Assembly: GCA_043826565.1 (NCBI GenBank)
Contig: JBDRPX010000007.1
Coordinates: 9,412 to 73,411 of the forward strand
Source of the DNA: Candidatus Omnitrophota bacterium
GTDB taxonomy: Bacteria; Omnitrophota; Gorgyraeia; B26-G9
Reading direction: 5' to 3'
Length of the DNA: 64,000 bases
This document shows positions 1 through 10,298 of this stretch, one piece after another. Positions within the stretch are counted from its first letter, which is position 1, and each line of letters starts with the position of its first letter. The notes below the pieces were generated by a model, which was not told the DNA's origin, did not search any database, and saw nothing but the letters and a program-made list of their open reading frames with translations. The position numbers and the translations under genes were made by a program.

Positions 1-1
1 C

Positions 2-847
2 TTGGTCATCGGTCTTACTATTGTTGCTTTTGGCACATCAACACCAGAGTTGCTTGTTAATATTTTCTCCAGTACTCAAGGCAATACGGAAATTGCAATA
101 GGGAATGTGATCGGCAGCAATTTGTTTAATATTTTATTAATTTTAGGTGTTTCGGCATTGATTTATCCGTTGGCAGTTACAAAAGGAACGGTAAGGAAAG
201 AAATACCGTTTAGTTTGCTGGCGGTTGCTGTTCTCGGATTTCTTTCAAACGACATTTTGTTTGATCAGGCAGAGCATTCTGCTTTAACTAGAATTGATGG
301 GTTTGTTTTTCTGAGTTTTTTTGCCATTTTCCTTTATTATATTGCGAGTATTTCGAAGATAGAAAAGGGACAACAATCACAGGGTGAAGATGTTAATTTT
401 TTCAAAGCATTAGGTATGGTACTCGGAGGGTTTATTGCATTGATATTCGGTGGAAAAATTGTTGTCGATGGCGCAGTTAAGATCGCATCGCAGTTAGGTG
501 TTAGCCAATCTTTAATTGGATTGACTATTGTTGCCGCAGGCACATCTCTGCCGGAGCTTGCGACATCAGCTGTCGCCGCTTATAGAAAGAATGCTGATAT
601 TGCAGTGGGAAATATTGTCGGGTCAAATATCTTTAATATTTTTTTTGTTCTTGGGATTTCGGCGGTAATAAAGCCATTGCCAATAGCAGAGAGTGTTAAC
701 TCGGATATTTTTGTTTTGATCGGGAGTACAATGCTATTGTTTCTTTTTATGTTCACGGGAAAGCGCAGGATGATTGACCGGTGGGAAGGTGGTTTATTTG
801 TTTTGTTTTATATTATTTATCTCGTTTTTCTTATAAAAAAAGGTTAA
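2..847 (+). CDS. Ca2+/Na+ antiporter (YrbG/CaCA family), 5'-truncated by window edge
   Basis: Two alpha-repeats GTSTPEL...GNVIGSNLFN and GTSLPEL...GNIVGSNIFN; multi-TM. Confidence 0.93.
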   Translation: MVIGLTIVAFGTSTPELLVNIFSSTQGNTEIAIGNVIGSNLFNILLILGVSALIYPLAVTKGTVRKEIPFSLLAVAVLGFLSNDILFDQAEHSALTRIDGFVFLSFFAIFLYYIASISKIEKGQQSQGEDVNFFKALGMVLGGFIALIFGGKIVVDGAVKIASQLGVSQSLIGLTIVAAGTSLPELATSAVAAYRKNADIAVGNIVGSNIFNIFFVLGISAVIKPLPIAESVNSDIFVLIGSTMLLFLFMFTGKRRMIDRWEGGLFVLFYIIYLVFLIKKG

Positions 848-850
848 AGC

Positions 851-1447
851 ATGAAAAGTTTTATTAATCATTTTAAGTTGTATGTGTCTAGGGGATTGCT
901 GTCGCTTATTCCAATTGGACTGACTATTTTTACGATTCGGATTATTTATGTGTTCATTGATAAGCGTGTCATGGAGTTGGTTGATCAGTATATTGGGTAC
1001 CGTATTCCAGGACTAGGATTATTATTGTTTATTGTTGTTTTGTATTTTGTAGGAATGATTACAAGCAATGTTTTGGGGAAACGCATGATTTCGGTGTTTG
1101 ATAAAGTTATGACTAAAATTCCTTTGGCTAAGACTGCCTATCAGGTTGGTAAACAAATTTCTGATACGCTTGCTCTCCCAGAGAAGCAAATATTTAAGAA
1201 AGCAGTTTTGGTTGACTATTTTAAGCCTGATTCTTGGGTTATTGGATTTGTTACGGGTGAGATAACAGAGGAAGAATCCGGGGAAAAATTGTTAAAAGTC
1301 TTTATCCCAACAGTTCCAAATCCAACATCCGGTATTCTTGTTATATTAAAAGAATCGCAAACGAAAAATCCAAATTGGACTGTTGAGGAAGCTATGAAGA
1401 TGGTGATTTCTGGTGGGATTATTGGGCCTGAAACGATAAAGAAATGA
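851..1447 (+). CDS. DUF502 family membrane protein
   Basis: Two N-terminal TMs, VFIPTVPNPTSG motif, C-terminal VISGG. Confidence 0.88.
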   Translation: MKSFINHFKLYVSRGLLSLIPIGLTIFTIRIIYVFIDKRVMELVDQYIGYRIPGLGLLLFIVVLYFVGMITSNVLGKRMISVFDKVMTKIPLAKTAYQVGKQISDTLALPEKQIFKKAVLVDYFKPDSWVIGFVTGEITEEESGEKLLKVFIPTVPNPTSGILVILKESQTKNPNWTVEEAMKMVISGGIIGPETIKK

Positions 1448-1580
1448 GTTTAGTAGAGGGTCAAGTCTCTACTTGACTACAAGTTTCAGTTTTAGATAAA
1501 CATAAGTTTTTTCAATAGCTCTGTATTCTCTTCTAAATCCAAAAAGTTGCGAAACTCGTCTAATACCGGGAGCCAAAATT

Positions 1581-1614
1581 AACCCTCTGTAGCTATTTTA
1601 GTCGCAGAGGGTTT
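1581..1614 (+). terminator. Hairpin AACCCTCTG...CAGAGGGTT, terminator-like
   Basis: 9-bp perfect arms at 1581-1589 and 1605-1613 followed by T-rich sequence. Confidence 0.55.
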
Positions 1615-1674
1615 CTGATTTTTTCCCTGTTTTGGGATGAAGATGGTATAATTAAAAAAGAAAAGGAGGCCAAA

Positions 1675-2328
1675 ATGAAAATATTACTTATATCATCGAG
1701 CCCGCGTAAAGAAAAAAGCCAGACCCTTCTTTTGGCAAAAGAGGCATTAAAAGGATTCTCAAGTTCTGTGAAAACAGAAGTCATCCATCTATGCGATTAT
1801 GATATTGAGTTTTGCCGTCATTGTGAGGCTTGCCACAAAAAAATCATGCAGTGTCCCATAAAGGATGATGTGAATATGATCTTAGAAAAGATACTGGAAG
1901 CTGAAGGAATAATCTTTGCTTCACCAAACTATATAAATCAGATCACTGCTTCAATGAAAGCATTGTGGGACCGCGCCGCCCATTTTATCCACTGTAGCCG
2001 GTTCTTAGGCAAGTATGTTGCAGCTATTGTTTCTTCGGGAAGCGGGCAGGATCAAGTTGTTTTGGATTATATCCGCTACTATTCCAATACCTGCGGAGCC
2101 CTATACTCGGGAGGCGTATCTTCACGCGTACCGCTCAGAAAAGAAAAAATGGAAGAAGCGCTTAGATTAGGTAAGAAACTAATATTGGATATACAAGAAA
2201 AGAAAGAGTTCCCGGAGCAGGCAAAAGCTATTGAGGCGTTTAAAGAACATTTTAAGCATGTAATACAAATAAGAAAAGACGATTGGGCCGAGGAATATCA
2301 ATACTGGCTAAATAAGGGTTGGATATAA
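1675..2328 (+). CDS. Iron-sulfur flavoprotein / NADPH-dependent FMN reductase family
   Basis: SSPR FMN loop, CxxCxxCx6C (CRHCEACHKKIMQC), ASPNY; SD AAGGAGG. Confidence 0.85.
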   Translation: MKILLISSSPRKEKSQTLLLAKEALKGFSSSVKTEVIHLCDYDIEFCRHCEACHKKIMQCPIKDDVNMILEKILEAEGIIFASPNYINQITASMKALWDRAAHFIHCSRFLGKYVAAIVSSGSGQDQVVLDYIRYYSNTCGALYSGGVSSRVPLRKEKMEEALRLGKKLILDIQEKKEFPEQAKAIEAFKEHFKHVIQIRKDDWAEEYQYWLNKGWI

Positions 2329-2490
2329 ATATATTTATTTAAGCAATAATAGCGAGTTCTTTATACACTAATATGAACTCTTTGTAATGAAATAAGTTGC
2401 CAGGAGTTTTTGTTTGGGGTAGAATGCGTACTCAGGGAAAAGAGCGGAAGTATCGAGTAGTAAATACCGGAGAAAGAGAAGAGTATCATT

Positions 2491-3975
2491 ATGCGTGTAT
2501 TTTTAATTAACATTCGTGACCCCGAATTTTTCACAGTGGCAAAAGGGCAACGTGCTAAAAATGGGAATATCCAAATTATTGGCTCACCCCCGATTGGAAT
2601 TATGACACTTTCTGCGGTGCTCAAACGAGCTGGTCACGAGTGCCTTATGTTTGACCAAGCCAACCCGGAAACACCAAACAAGGTAATTATTGAGAGGATA
2701 CAAGAGCAAAACCCGGACATTGTCGGCCTGAGTTTCTTGAGCACGACCAGCTACTCTTATGCAAAGACTATGGCCCAAGAAATCCGTGCGGCTAATGTAA
2801 AGATCCCGTTAGCTTTCGGAGGCACCTTTGCTACTATTAATGCCGATTTAATCAAGCTTCAGTGTCCTGAAGTTGATTTTGTTTGCCGCGGCGATGGCGA
2901 ACAGCTTATTCTCGATCTTGTAGAACATCTGGATGACCCGGCAAAAGTCAATGGGGTTACATGGTTAAAAGACGGTAAAATAGTACGTAATCCTGATCGT
3001 GCTATAGAGAATGACCTTGATCAGTGGCCATTTCCGGATCGCGAAAGCCTGGCTTTGGATTTTATTAAGGCTCTGCCGCTTGATGTTCCGGCAGTTCTGT
3101 CGAAAAAGCGCTTTACGGTTATGCAGACTTCTCGCGGGTGTCCGCAGTCGTGTGTGTTTTGCACGATTCCAGAGATAAGCAAGAGAAGGTGGCGGGCGCG
3201 CAGTGCTCAACATGTTATTAACGAATTGAAACATTTACAGAATCACGGCTATGGTGTGATTTATTTTGTTGATGATAATTTTCTTTTGAAATCCAAACGG
3301 ATCGAGGAGATCTGCAAAGGTATCAATGATAACAATATTAATATTGAATGGGGTTGTGAAGGGCGGGTTGACTCAGTAGTCCAGCATCTTTTCCCAGTCA
3401 TGGTTAAAGCTCACTGTATAATGCTAATGTTTGGTGTTGAGAGCGGCAGCCAGAAGATGCTTCATCGGCTGGATAAAAAACAAACATTGTCTGAAATCCA
3501 GGAAGCTATAAAGGACGCCAAACAGGCAGGAGTTAAGCTTGTGCATGGTTTTTTTGTTGTGGGTAGCCCTGATGAAACAATTGAAGATATGAGGGCCACC
3601 TTTAAATTTGTCTCAAAACTTCGGCTGGACACCTTTAACTTTAATCGATTATGTGTTTACCGCGGCACACCGCTTTGGCAAGAGTATGTAAAGCGAGGCC
3701 TACTAAACGAAGAAACTGATTGGTATAAGTTTTTTAAATGTTCGGAGATTGACCCGACCTGTCTTTCTGGAGAAGTAATCAACCAGGAGCGCATGGTGGG
3801 TATCCGCCAGCTCTTTTTTTATAAGCTAAGGCATTACCCATTGCAAACACTACGGGTCCTATATCGCCTTGTTCGCAACATGCCATTTCGCGACATTCTG
3901 CATCTCATCATCAAGCCTTTCTTGGGAAATAAACGTGGGCCTATAAAGGCGGAGCTATTGTCACGAGAAGTTTAA
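2491..3975 (+). CDS. B12-binding domain radical SAM protein
   Basis: N-terminal cobalamin-binding-like domain (PPIGIMTLSA, GGTFAT), SRGCPQSCVFC, FVDDNF, GVESG. Confidence 0.9.
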   Translation: MRVFLINIRDPEFFTVAKGQRAKNGNIQIIGSPPIGIMTLSAVLKRAGHECLMFDQANPETPNKVIIERIQEQNPDIVGLSFLSTTSYSYAKTMAQEIRAANVKIPLAFGGTFATINADLIKLQCPEVDFVCRGDGEQLILDLVEHLDDPAKVNGVTWLKDGKIVRNPDRAIENDLDQWPFPDRESLALDFIKALPLDVPAVLSKKRFTVMQTSRGCPQSCVFCTIPEISKRRWRARSAQHVINELKHLQNHGYGVIYFVDDNFLLKSKRIEEICKGINDNNINIEWGCEGRVDSVVQHLFPVMVKAHCIMLMFGVESGSQKMLHRLDKKQTLSEIQEAIKDAKQAGVKLVHGFFVVGSPDETIEDMRATFKFVSKLRLDTFNFNRLCVYRGTPLWQEYVKRGLLNEETDWYKFFKCSEIDPTCLSGEVINQERMVGIRQLFFYKLRHYPLQTLRVLYRLVRNMPFRDILHLIIKPFLGNKRGPIKAELLSREV

Positions 3976-3996
3976 AAGGGTTAGGCGATCATAAAC

Positions 3997-6270
3997 TCAA
4001 CAAACATCCTGTTCCACCTGCCCCATGACTGTGTAAATTTTGATTAATGATATCAACCAAGCCAAGGTGGATTCCGCGCCTTGATTTGCGCTGACTCCAT
4101 AACTTTCTATTCCATCACCGCAACCACCGGTTTTATAATCATATACTGGGGTTTGCAGGTCATTCTGCCCCATGAACCAGGATAGGCATCGTTCACTTTC
4201 TCGAAGCCAGTTTTTTTCTCCTGTTTTGATATAAACATCTAAACACGCATTTATCAAACTCATGGTTTCGATTGGCTGTTGACCAAATTTAGAATGCTTA
4301 CCTTGTTTGTCGAGCCAACCATCATTGCCGATTAATGACAAATGTCCCTCTGGAGCTGTTTGAACTTTCAACAACCACTGCAGTGATTTTATGCCCATTT
4401 CATACATGTCTTTATTTGGCAACCATTGCCCGGCGATAATTAACGCGTGTGGTAAAATAGGGTTGGCATATGTTACCTTTTCTTCACACCACGGCCACTG
4501 ATCAGTCGCATTATTTTTAAACAACTGATATGTTTTTTCGGCCAAAAGATTTCGCATATTACAGGCATCGGTATCCCCTTCGTAAACAGTCAGATATGCT
4601 TGCAGTCCCAGTATTGCAAAAGCCCATGCCCTGGGCGAAGTAAATAGTTTCATTGCCGGCAGTGCCTCCTTAAATAAAAGCATGGCAATTTTGCGAATTG
4701 AATCATCCGGAGCTTCTTTAACGATAACCCCCAAACTCCAAAGAGAGCGGGCATGAGAATCTTCACTGCCGGTTTCTTCAAGCCAACGACGATCATAAGT
4801 CATGAAATTACGGAACCTGCCGGTATTTTCATTGAAAGCATAATACAAAAATGCCAAATATGTTTGGAGTAAAGGTAATACAGTTTTATCTTTACGTAAT
4901 GAATAATACATTGCAATTGCGATTAATGCGCGGGCATTATCATCAACACAATAACCGTGATGAAGATTCGGGGTTGTGTATTTAGCATGTTGAAGTATGC
5001 CAGTGCTATCGGATAAAGTTATCAAATGAGATAAGTTGATCTCAGGCAGTTCATTAAATATTTTATGATATTCCCAAACAACATTTTCTAAGTTATCTAA
5101 AGATTTCCGTTCGTTTATATCGGAAATTATATCAAAATGCTGCTTGGCGACCTTTTCCCAGATCATATTTCGGCAATGTTTATATGCCTTAACCCTCATT
5201 GCATCACGTTTTTCATCATTATCTAATAGCTCATTGATGGTCTTTGACATAGCCGCTGAATCATTAAATGGAACAAGACATCCCCGGCCATCAGCCAATA
5301 GCTCTTCTGCGTGCCAGAACGGAGTCGAAACAACTGCCGCGCCTACACCCAAAGCATAGGCAAGAGTTCCCGATGTTATCTGTTCTCTATTAAGATAAGG
5401 AATCGAGTATATTTTTGAAGTTTGAATATAGCGGACAAGGATATCAAGTTCTACAAATTTATTATGAAAAACTACATGGTTTTCCATTTTTAATTTAATA
5501 ATCAATTGCTGCAAACCGTGACGATAAGAGTCACCGGTTTTATCCAGCACATGAGGATGAGTTTTTCCTAAAATTAAATAGGTGACATTAGGATGTTTTT
5601 TTACAATTGCCGGAAGTGCCTCAATCATATTTTCAATACCTTTATTCGATCCCAGAAGACCAAAAGTAAGGATGATATCTCTATTCCCCAATGCAAACTG
5701 TTTATTATATAATCCCTGTTTCTCAAAAGAAGCATTCGGTATTCCATGAGGGACAAAACATACCATTTCACGATCAATACCATAAACTCGGGTTAAAATA
5801 TCAAATGCTTTATTACTCATAACAAGCAGACGATCAGAATACTTCGCTAGGCCCTTCATTACTTTTCGCTGTCCGTCTGAGGGGGTCTCAAGTACTGTAT
5901 GCAGATTCGTAAGCACAGGCATTTTTAAAGACTTTAACATATGAAGAATATAGGATCCATCTTCACCGCCAAAGATCCCATACTCGTGCTGAAGAATCGC
6001 AGCTTCATATTGATGAGCATTAATATAATCCGCCGCCCAAAAATAATCAGATTGAATGTTCTGCCGTACTTTAAATTTTACAGGAGAAGGATAATCATAA
6101 CCCTTAGGAATATCATCCATAGCAATATTTATTAAATTCTGTTCAACTTTAAGTTCTTTCGCTAAAGCCAAGCTTAAGTCGGTCGTAAAAGTAGCAATCC
6201 CGCAATTCCGCGGAATATAATTGCCAATAACCGCAATCTTTCTAATGTTTTTTATTTTGTGTTTATCCAA
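3997..6270 (-). CDS. GT4 glycosyltransferase fused to C-terminal six-hairpin glycosidase-like domain
   Basis: GT-B N-half (PRNCGIATFT, QHEYGIFGG, QITSGTLAYA); C-half GILQHA, YCVDDNARAL, NQGAESTL. Confidence 0.85.
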   Translation of the reverse strand: MDKHKIKNIRKIAVIGNYIPRNCGIATFTTDLSLALAKELKVEQNLINIAMDDIPKGYDYPSPVKFKVRQNIQSDYFWAADYINAHQYEAAILQHEYGIFGGEDGSYILHMLKSLKMPVLTNLHTVLETPSDGQRKVMKGLAKYSDRLLVMSNKAFDILTRVYGIDREMVCFVPHGIPNASFEKQGLYNKQFALGNRDIILTFGLLGSNKGIENMIEALPAIVKKHPNVTYLILGKTHPHVLDKTGDSYRHGLQQLIIKLKMENHVVFHNKFVELDILVRYIQTSKIYSIPYLNREQITSGTLAYALGVGAAVVSTPFWHAEELLADGRGCLVPFNDSAAMSKTINELLDNDEKRDAMRVKAYKHCRNMIWEKVAKQHFDIISDINERKSLDNLENVVWEYHKIFNELPEINLSHLITLSDSTGILQHAKYTTPNLHHGYCVDDNARALIAIAMYYSLRKDKTVLPLLQTYLAFLYYAFNENTGRFRNFMTYDRRWLEETGSEDSHARSLWSLGVIVKEAPDDSIRKIAMLLFKEALPAMKLFTSPRAWAFAILGLQAYLTVYEGDTDACNMRNLLAEKTYQLFKNNATDQWPWCEEKVTYANPILPHALIIAGQWLPNKDMYEMGIKSLQWLLKVQTAPEGHLSLIGNDGWLDKQGKHSKFGQQPIETMSLINACLDVYIKTGEKNWLRESERCLSWFMGQNDLQTPVYDYKTGGCGDGIESYGVSANQGAESTLAWLISLIKIYTVMGQVEQDVC

Positions 6271-6283
6271 TTTGCTGCTCCTC

Positions 6284-7732
6284 TTATTTTTTTGATTTCA
6301 ACATAGCACTTAGCAAGCGATCAACAGACACGGTGGCTATTCCTGAATTTGTATCGGACATAGCATAGGGTATAATTAAATCGCCTTCATGGATTATTGC
6401 TCCGCAGGAATAGACTACGTTTGGCACATAGCCTTCGCGTTCTTCTTCTGTTGGGGCAAGTATCGGCTCAACTGTACTTCCGATAATTTTGCTGGGGTTC
6501 TTTAGATCCAGGAGAATTGCTCCAATGCAGTATTTACGCATTGGGCCTACGCCGTGCGTTAGCACTATCCAGCCTTTTTTAGTTTCAATCGGAGATCCGC
6601 AGTTGCCTATTTGGAAAAATTCCCAAGCATATTCAGGTTCTTTCAAAAGCTTTACGTTTGGCCAGAAGTAAATATCATCTGATGACATCAGAAATAAATT
6701 TTCACCATCAAAACGGGAAATCATCATATATTTCCCGTTTATCTTTCGCGGAAAAAGAGCCATGCCTTTATTGCCGGCAAATTTACCGTTGAGAGTGATT
6801 ATTTTAAAATCAAGGAAGTCTTTGGTTACTAATATTTGAGGCATGATCTTAAATCCATTATAAGCAGTATAAGTCGCATAATAAGTGATACTGCCATCGG
6901 CATCAAGAAACCTTACAAAGCGCGCGTCCTCAATCCCATTACGGTCATTTTGAGAGCAAGGGAAAATAATTCTTTCGGATAATTTCTGCTCAAGTTTAAA
7001 GTGTAATTCATAGTTTGACATAGCCAGCCATAGTATTGTTTCGGCATCATCAGAATTGATTTTATCCGAGGATATCCGTAATACAGCTTTTAAATCAGAA
7101 AGCGAAAAATGCTTCTGCAATTGACTATCAATAAGAGCGGAAAATTCATTTTTAACCCCTAACTCTGCCATTTTAAAAAAGAACGATTTCTTGTCATAAA
7201 CAGGATTACTTGCGGTCGTTGCTCTTTCAACATATGGACTGACTTTATCAAAACTAAAGTCACCCTTTTTATCAATTACTCCGCTTCTAAATTCTACCGA
7301 GGAAACATGGCCTTCTCCCACGGAACGAAAACTTATAATAAAACGCATGCTTCCTTTAGGCAAGTCACTTTGATCGGGATGCTCAATAATAGAGGGGTTA
7401 AAGAATGCCGCAGCCTGGACAGAATATTCTAAAGTAAAATAAGCTCCTAGAAGTACTCTTTTAGTATCATTTATCTGTATATTCTTAGGGATATATTTTT
7501 TTATTTCATTGTAATGTTCATCAAGCGAACCTAATATGTTTTTATGCCTAGGGGAAAAATCTGCCATCACTTTGTCTAATGTCTGCTTGGCCTTTTTATC
7601 AGAGAGATTTAAAACTCGTGTTATAATTTTCTTTATACGCCCCTGACCATGAGGAATATGTGCTTTTGTAATAACTCGTTTTGGATCCGGTTTAAAGATC
7701 TTATTGATTTTTTTAATATTGTAAAGTGACAT
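6284..7732 (-). CDS. GH130-family glycosidase/phosphorylase (long form)
   Basis: GIEDARFVRF, YYATYTAY, NKGMALFPRKI, GNCGSPIET, GYVPNVVYSCG. Confidence 0.85.
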   Translation of the reverse strand: MSLYNIKKINKIFKPDPKRVITKAHIPHGQGRIKKIITRVLNLSDKKAKQTLDKVMADFSPRHKNILGSLDEHYNEIKKYIPKNIQINDTKRVLLGAYFTLEYSVQAAAFFNPSIIEHPDQSDLPKGSMRFIISFRSVGEGHVSSVEFRSGVIDKKGDFSFDKVSPYVERATTASNPVYDKKSFFFKMAELGVKNEFSALIDSQLQKHFSLSDLKAVLRISSDKINSDDAETILWLAMSNYELHFKLEQKLSERIIFPCSQNDRNGIEDARFVRFLDADGSITYYATYTAYNGFKIMPQILVTKDFLDFKIITLNGKFAGNKGMALFPRKINGKYMMISRFDGENLFLMSSDDIYFWPNVKLLKEPEYAWEFFQIGNCGSPIETKKGWIVLTHGVGPMRKYCIGAILLDLKNPSKIIGSTVEPILAPTEEEREGYVPNVVYSCGAIIHEGDLIIPYAMSDTNSGIATVSVDRLLSAMLKSKK

Positions 7733-7745
7733 TATTTTCTCCTGA

Positions 7746-8681
7746 TCATAAAGGTTTTCGAGGATTATTAATACACAGGTTCACTAGCTCATTTATGTTT
7801 GCTTCGCCGACACACATAACAGTATCAGCCCCACCCCAATAAATCTTAACCGAACCATTATCTTCTGGCACAGCCCCGCAGGTAAAAACGACATTAGACA
7901 CATAGCCGGTTATTTCCCAGGGATCTTCCGGCTGAAGTATCCATTGATCAGAAACTCCGATAATTATTGAAGGGTCGGCTAAGTCATGAAGTGCAACTCC
8001 TAGTCGGTATACTGCTCCTGCCATTGTTTGGAAAACCCCGTGATAAATATTAAGCCAGCCTTTATCGGTTTTAATCGGTGTGGCGCCCGGGCCGATCTTC
8101 ATTTCATCCCAATGGTAGGGCTCTGGTTTTATTAGTAATTTAGAGTTTCCCCAATGAATTAAATCCGGAGAATATGATATCCAAATCGACCATTTCGAAA
8201 TTTCAGAATGCGGCCTATCGAGCCGGACATATTGTCCGTTTATTTTTTGGGGAAATATTACAACATTTCGCAAATCAGCCTGAGTGATTAAGGCTATTCT
8301 TTCTACTGTTTCAAAATCTTTTGTTTTAGCCAGTCCGATCCGGACCCCATGCCTAGAATAAGCGCTGTACGTGAGCAAAAAATCATCATCTATTTTACTA
8401 ATACGCAGATCCTCGAGACCGTATTCTTCATATTCCCCGAATTTTGAAACGCTCGATGGTATTAAAAACGGTTCGGGTTTAACTTTAAAATCATAACCGT
8501 CATCACTCTGCGCCATCCCGATAACCGACCGTCCGTTTAATAAATGAGAACGAAATAACATAATATATTTATTCTGATATTTAACAACTCCCGCATTATG
8601 CACTGTAGCGACAGGATAGGGGACAGCATCTTTAGTGAGAATGGGGTTTCCTTTATAACGGGTCACGACTTTATCTTTCAT
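7746..8681 (-). CDS. GH130-family glycosidase/phosphorylase
   Basis: HNAGV, GLEDLRI, RNVVIFP, KIGPGATPI, GYVSNVVFTCG. Confidence 0.88.
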   Translation of the reverse strand: MKDKVVTRYKGNPILTKDAVPYPVATVHNAGVVKYQNKYIMLFRSHLLNGRSVIGMAQSDDGYDFKVKPEPFLIPSSVSKFGEYEEYGLEDLRISKIDDDFLLTYSAYSRHGVRIGLAKTKDFETVERIALITQADLRNVVIFPQKINGQYVRLDRPHSEISKWSIWISYSPDLIHWGNSKLLIKPEPYHWDEMKIGPGATPIKTDKGWLNIYHGVFQTMAGAVYRLGVALHDLADPSIIIGVSDQWILQPEDPWEITGYVSNVVFTCGAVPEDNGSVKIYWGGADTVMCVGEANINELVNLCINNPRKPL

Positions 8682-8683
8682 AA

Positions 8684-10036
8684 TTAACCTGCTCTTCCAT
8701 ACTTATCTTCGAATCTTTCAATATCCTCTTCGCCAAAATACTCCCCTAGTTGAATTTCGATAAAAGCGATTTCTTTATCTGACACATTCTTAACCCGATG
8801 TTTACTGCCGCAAGGAATATCAATACTTTCACCTGTTTTTACAATGATTTTTTTATCATCTAGGGTTACCAGTGCTTCACCTTTTATGACCTGCCAATGT
8901 TCACTACGATGTTTGTGTCTTTGTAGGCTAAGCTCACCTGAGGGAAAAACAACAATTCGTTTGACCTTATGATCAAGCTCATCGGCAAGTACTTTATAAT
9001 ATCCCCAGGGACGTTTTTCTTGCCGTTTAGTGCTATTGATAATTTGCTCATAGACCTTAATATAATTATCAACCATAGTCTCAACGGAAAATTTATCCTC
9101 TACTGTTTTTCGGCAGTTCTGTCTGTTTATTTCCGGGATCTTACCCAGGGCGGCAACTGCTTCAGCAACATTATTAACAAGAAATCCGTTTACCCCAGGC
9201 TCGATTAACTCAGGCATGCTTCCTTTATTAAAAGCCACAACAGGAGTTCCACACGCCATTGACTCTATTACCGAGAGTCCAAATGGCTCTTCAAAAAAGA
9301 TCGGATGAAGTAAGGCATATGCATTACCCAACAATTTGTCGCGGTCTTTAGGGCCAACACTACCCATATAAGTTATATCATCATTTAAATGACAGGCGAC
9401 TTCTTTATCAAAATATTCCTGATCCTGAATTATGCCTGCCATTATTAATTTTTTACCAAATGTTTTAGCAATCTCAATTGCCTCTTTTGCTCCTTTGTCA
9501 GGATGAAACCGGCCAAAAAACAACAAATAATCACCACGATTATTTTTAAATGTAAATTGTTTAAGGTTAATTCCGTGATACACAGTTGCCACATAATCAA
9601 GTTTATCACTGCGATCAGAATTACTAATAGAAACATAGTATGTTTGATTATTATATTTTTCGTAAACAGGCAGAATGGCCGAAGAAGAAAATCCATGTAT
9701 CGTAGTCAGCACCGGGGTATCAACCAAGCCGCTATAAGTTATCGGTAGAAAGTCAAAATTATTATGAATAATATCAAATTCATCGGCCCGCTCAAAAACC
9801 TCAGATATATGAAGCGCTTCCCAGACTTTAGGTTCGACTGTTTTATCTTCTTCATATCCACGCCTGCACACAAAGCTGTGTTTTGCGGCAGTTACAGAAT
9901 CACCGGTGGCAAATAAAGTTACGTCAATGCCTCTTTTAATCAACCCTTCGCAAAGTAAAGAAACAACATTTTCCCACGGACCATAATGAACCGGCGGAGT
10001 CCTCCACGCAATAGGCGAGATTAAAGCTATTTTCAT
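8684..10036 (-). CDS. GT4 glycosyltransferase fused to mannose-6-phosphate isomerase type II cupin
   Basis: PPVHYGPWE, EEPFGLSVIESMACGTPV; C-terminal RPWG...LSLQRHKHRSEHW...EIQLGEYFGEEDIERFEDKYGR. Confidence 0.88.
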   Translation of the reverse strand: MKIALISPIAWRTPPVHYGPWENVVSLLCEGLIKRGIDVTLFATGDSVTAAKHSFVCRRGYEEDKTVEPKVWEALHISEVFERADEFDIIHNNFDFLPITYSGLVDTPVLTTIHGFSSSAILPVYEKYNNQTYYVSISNSDRSDKLDYVATVYHGINLKQFTFKNNRGDYLLFFGRFHPDKGAKEAIEIAKTFGKKLIMAGIIQDQEYFDKEVACHLNDDITYMGSVGPKDRDKLLGNAYALLHPIFFEEPFGLSVIESMACGTPVVAFNKGSMPELIEPGVNGFLVNNVAEAVAALGKIPEINRQNCRKTVEDKFSVETMVDNYIKVYEQIINSTKRQEKRPWGYYKVLADELDHKVKRIVVFPSGELSLQRHKHRSEHWQVIKGEALVTLDDKKIIVKTGESIDIPCGSKHRVKNVSDKEIAFIEIQLGEYFGEEDIERFEDKYGRAG

Positions 10037-10252
10037 AAAAAACTCCTTAAAATTATTAGATTAAAGTACTTCTTATTATAGCATAGAAAACATTATTTTT
10101 ATGACATCTTTTAGAATCGTATTTATCAATAAACTGTAAACACAGTATAATTATGCTGATCAAGATAACAGAAATCCGGTATTTTACCAAACTAAAATAA
10201 AGGTTGTGCAGGTGGGATTTGATGGCCCTCCAATCCCTTGTTTCCATTAAGC

Positions 10253-10298
10253 TTGACAGTATTTGTTGCTTGTGCTATTATTGGCATATGCCAATAAT
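10253..10298 (+). promoter_or_regulatory. sigma70 promoter with 22-bp perfect palindromic operator ATTATTGGCATATGCCAATAAT
   Basis: TTGACA 10253-58, 17-bp spacer, TATTAT 10276-81; palindrome 10277-10298 covers -10 and the likely start site. Confidence 0.75.

Noticed and set aside
1540-1575. Intact tRNA gene
   Set aside because: Only an acceptor-end-like word is present; there is no cloverleaf or canonical GTTCGA T-loop.
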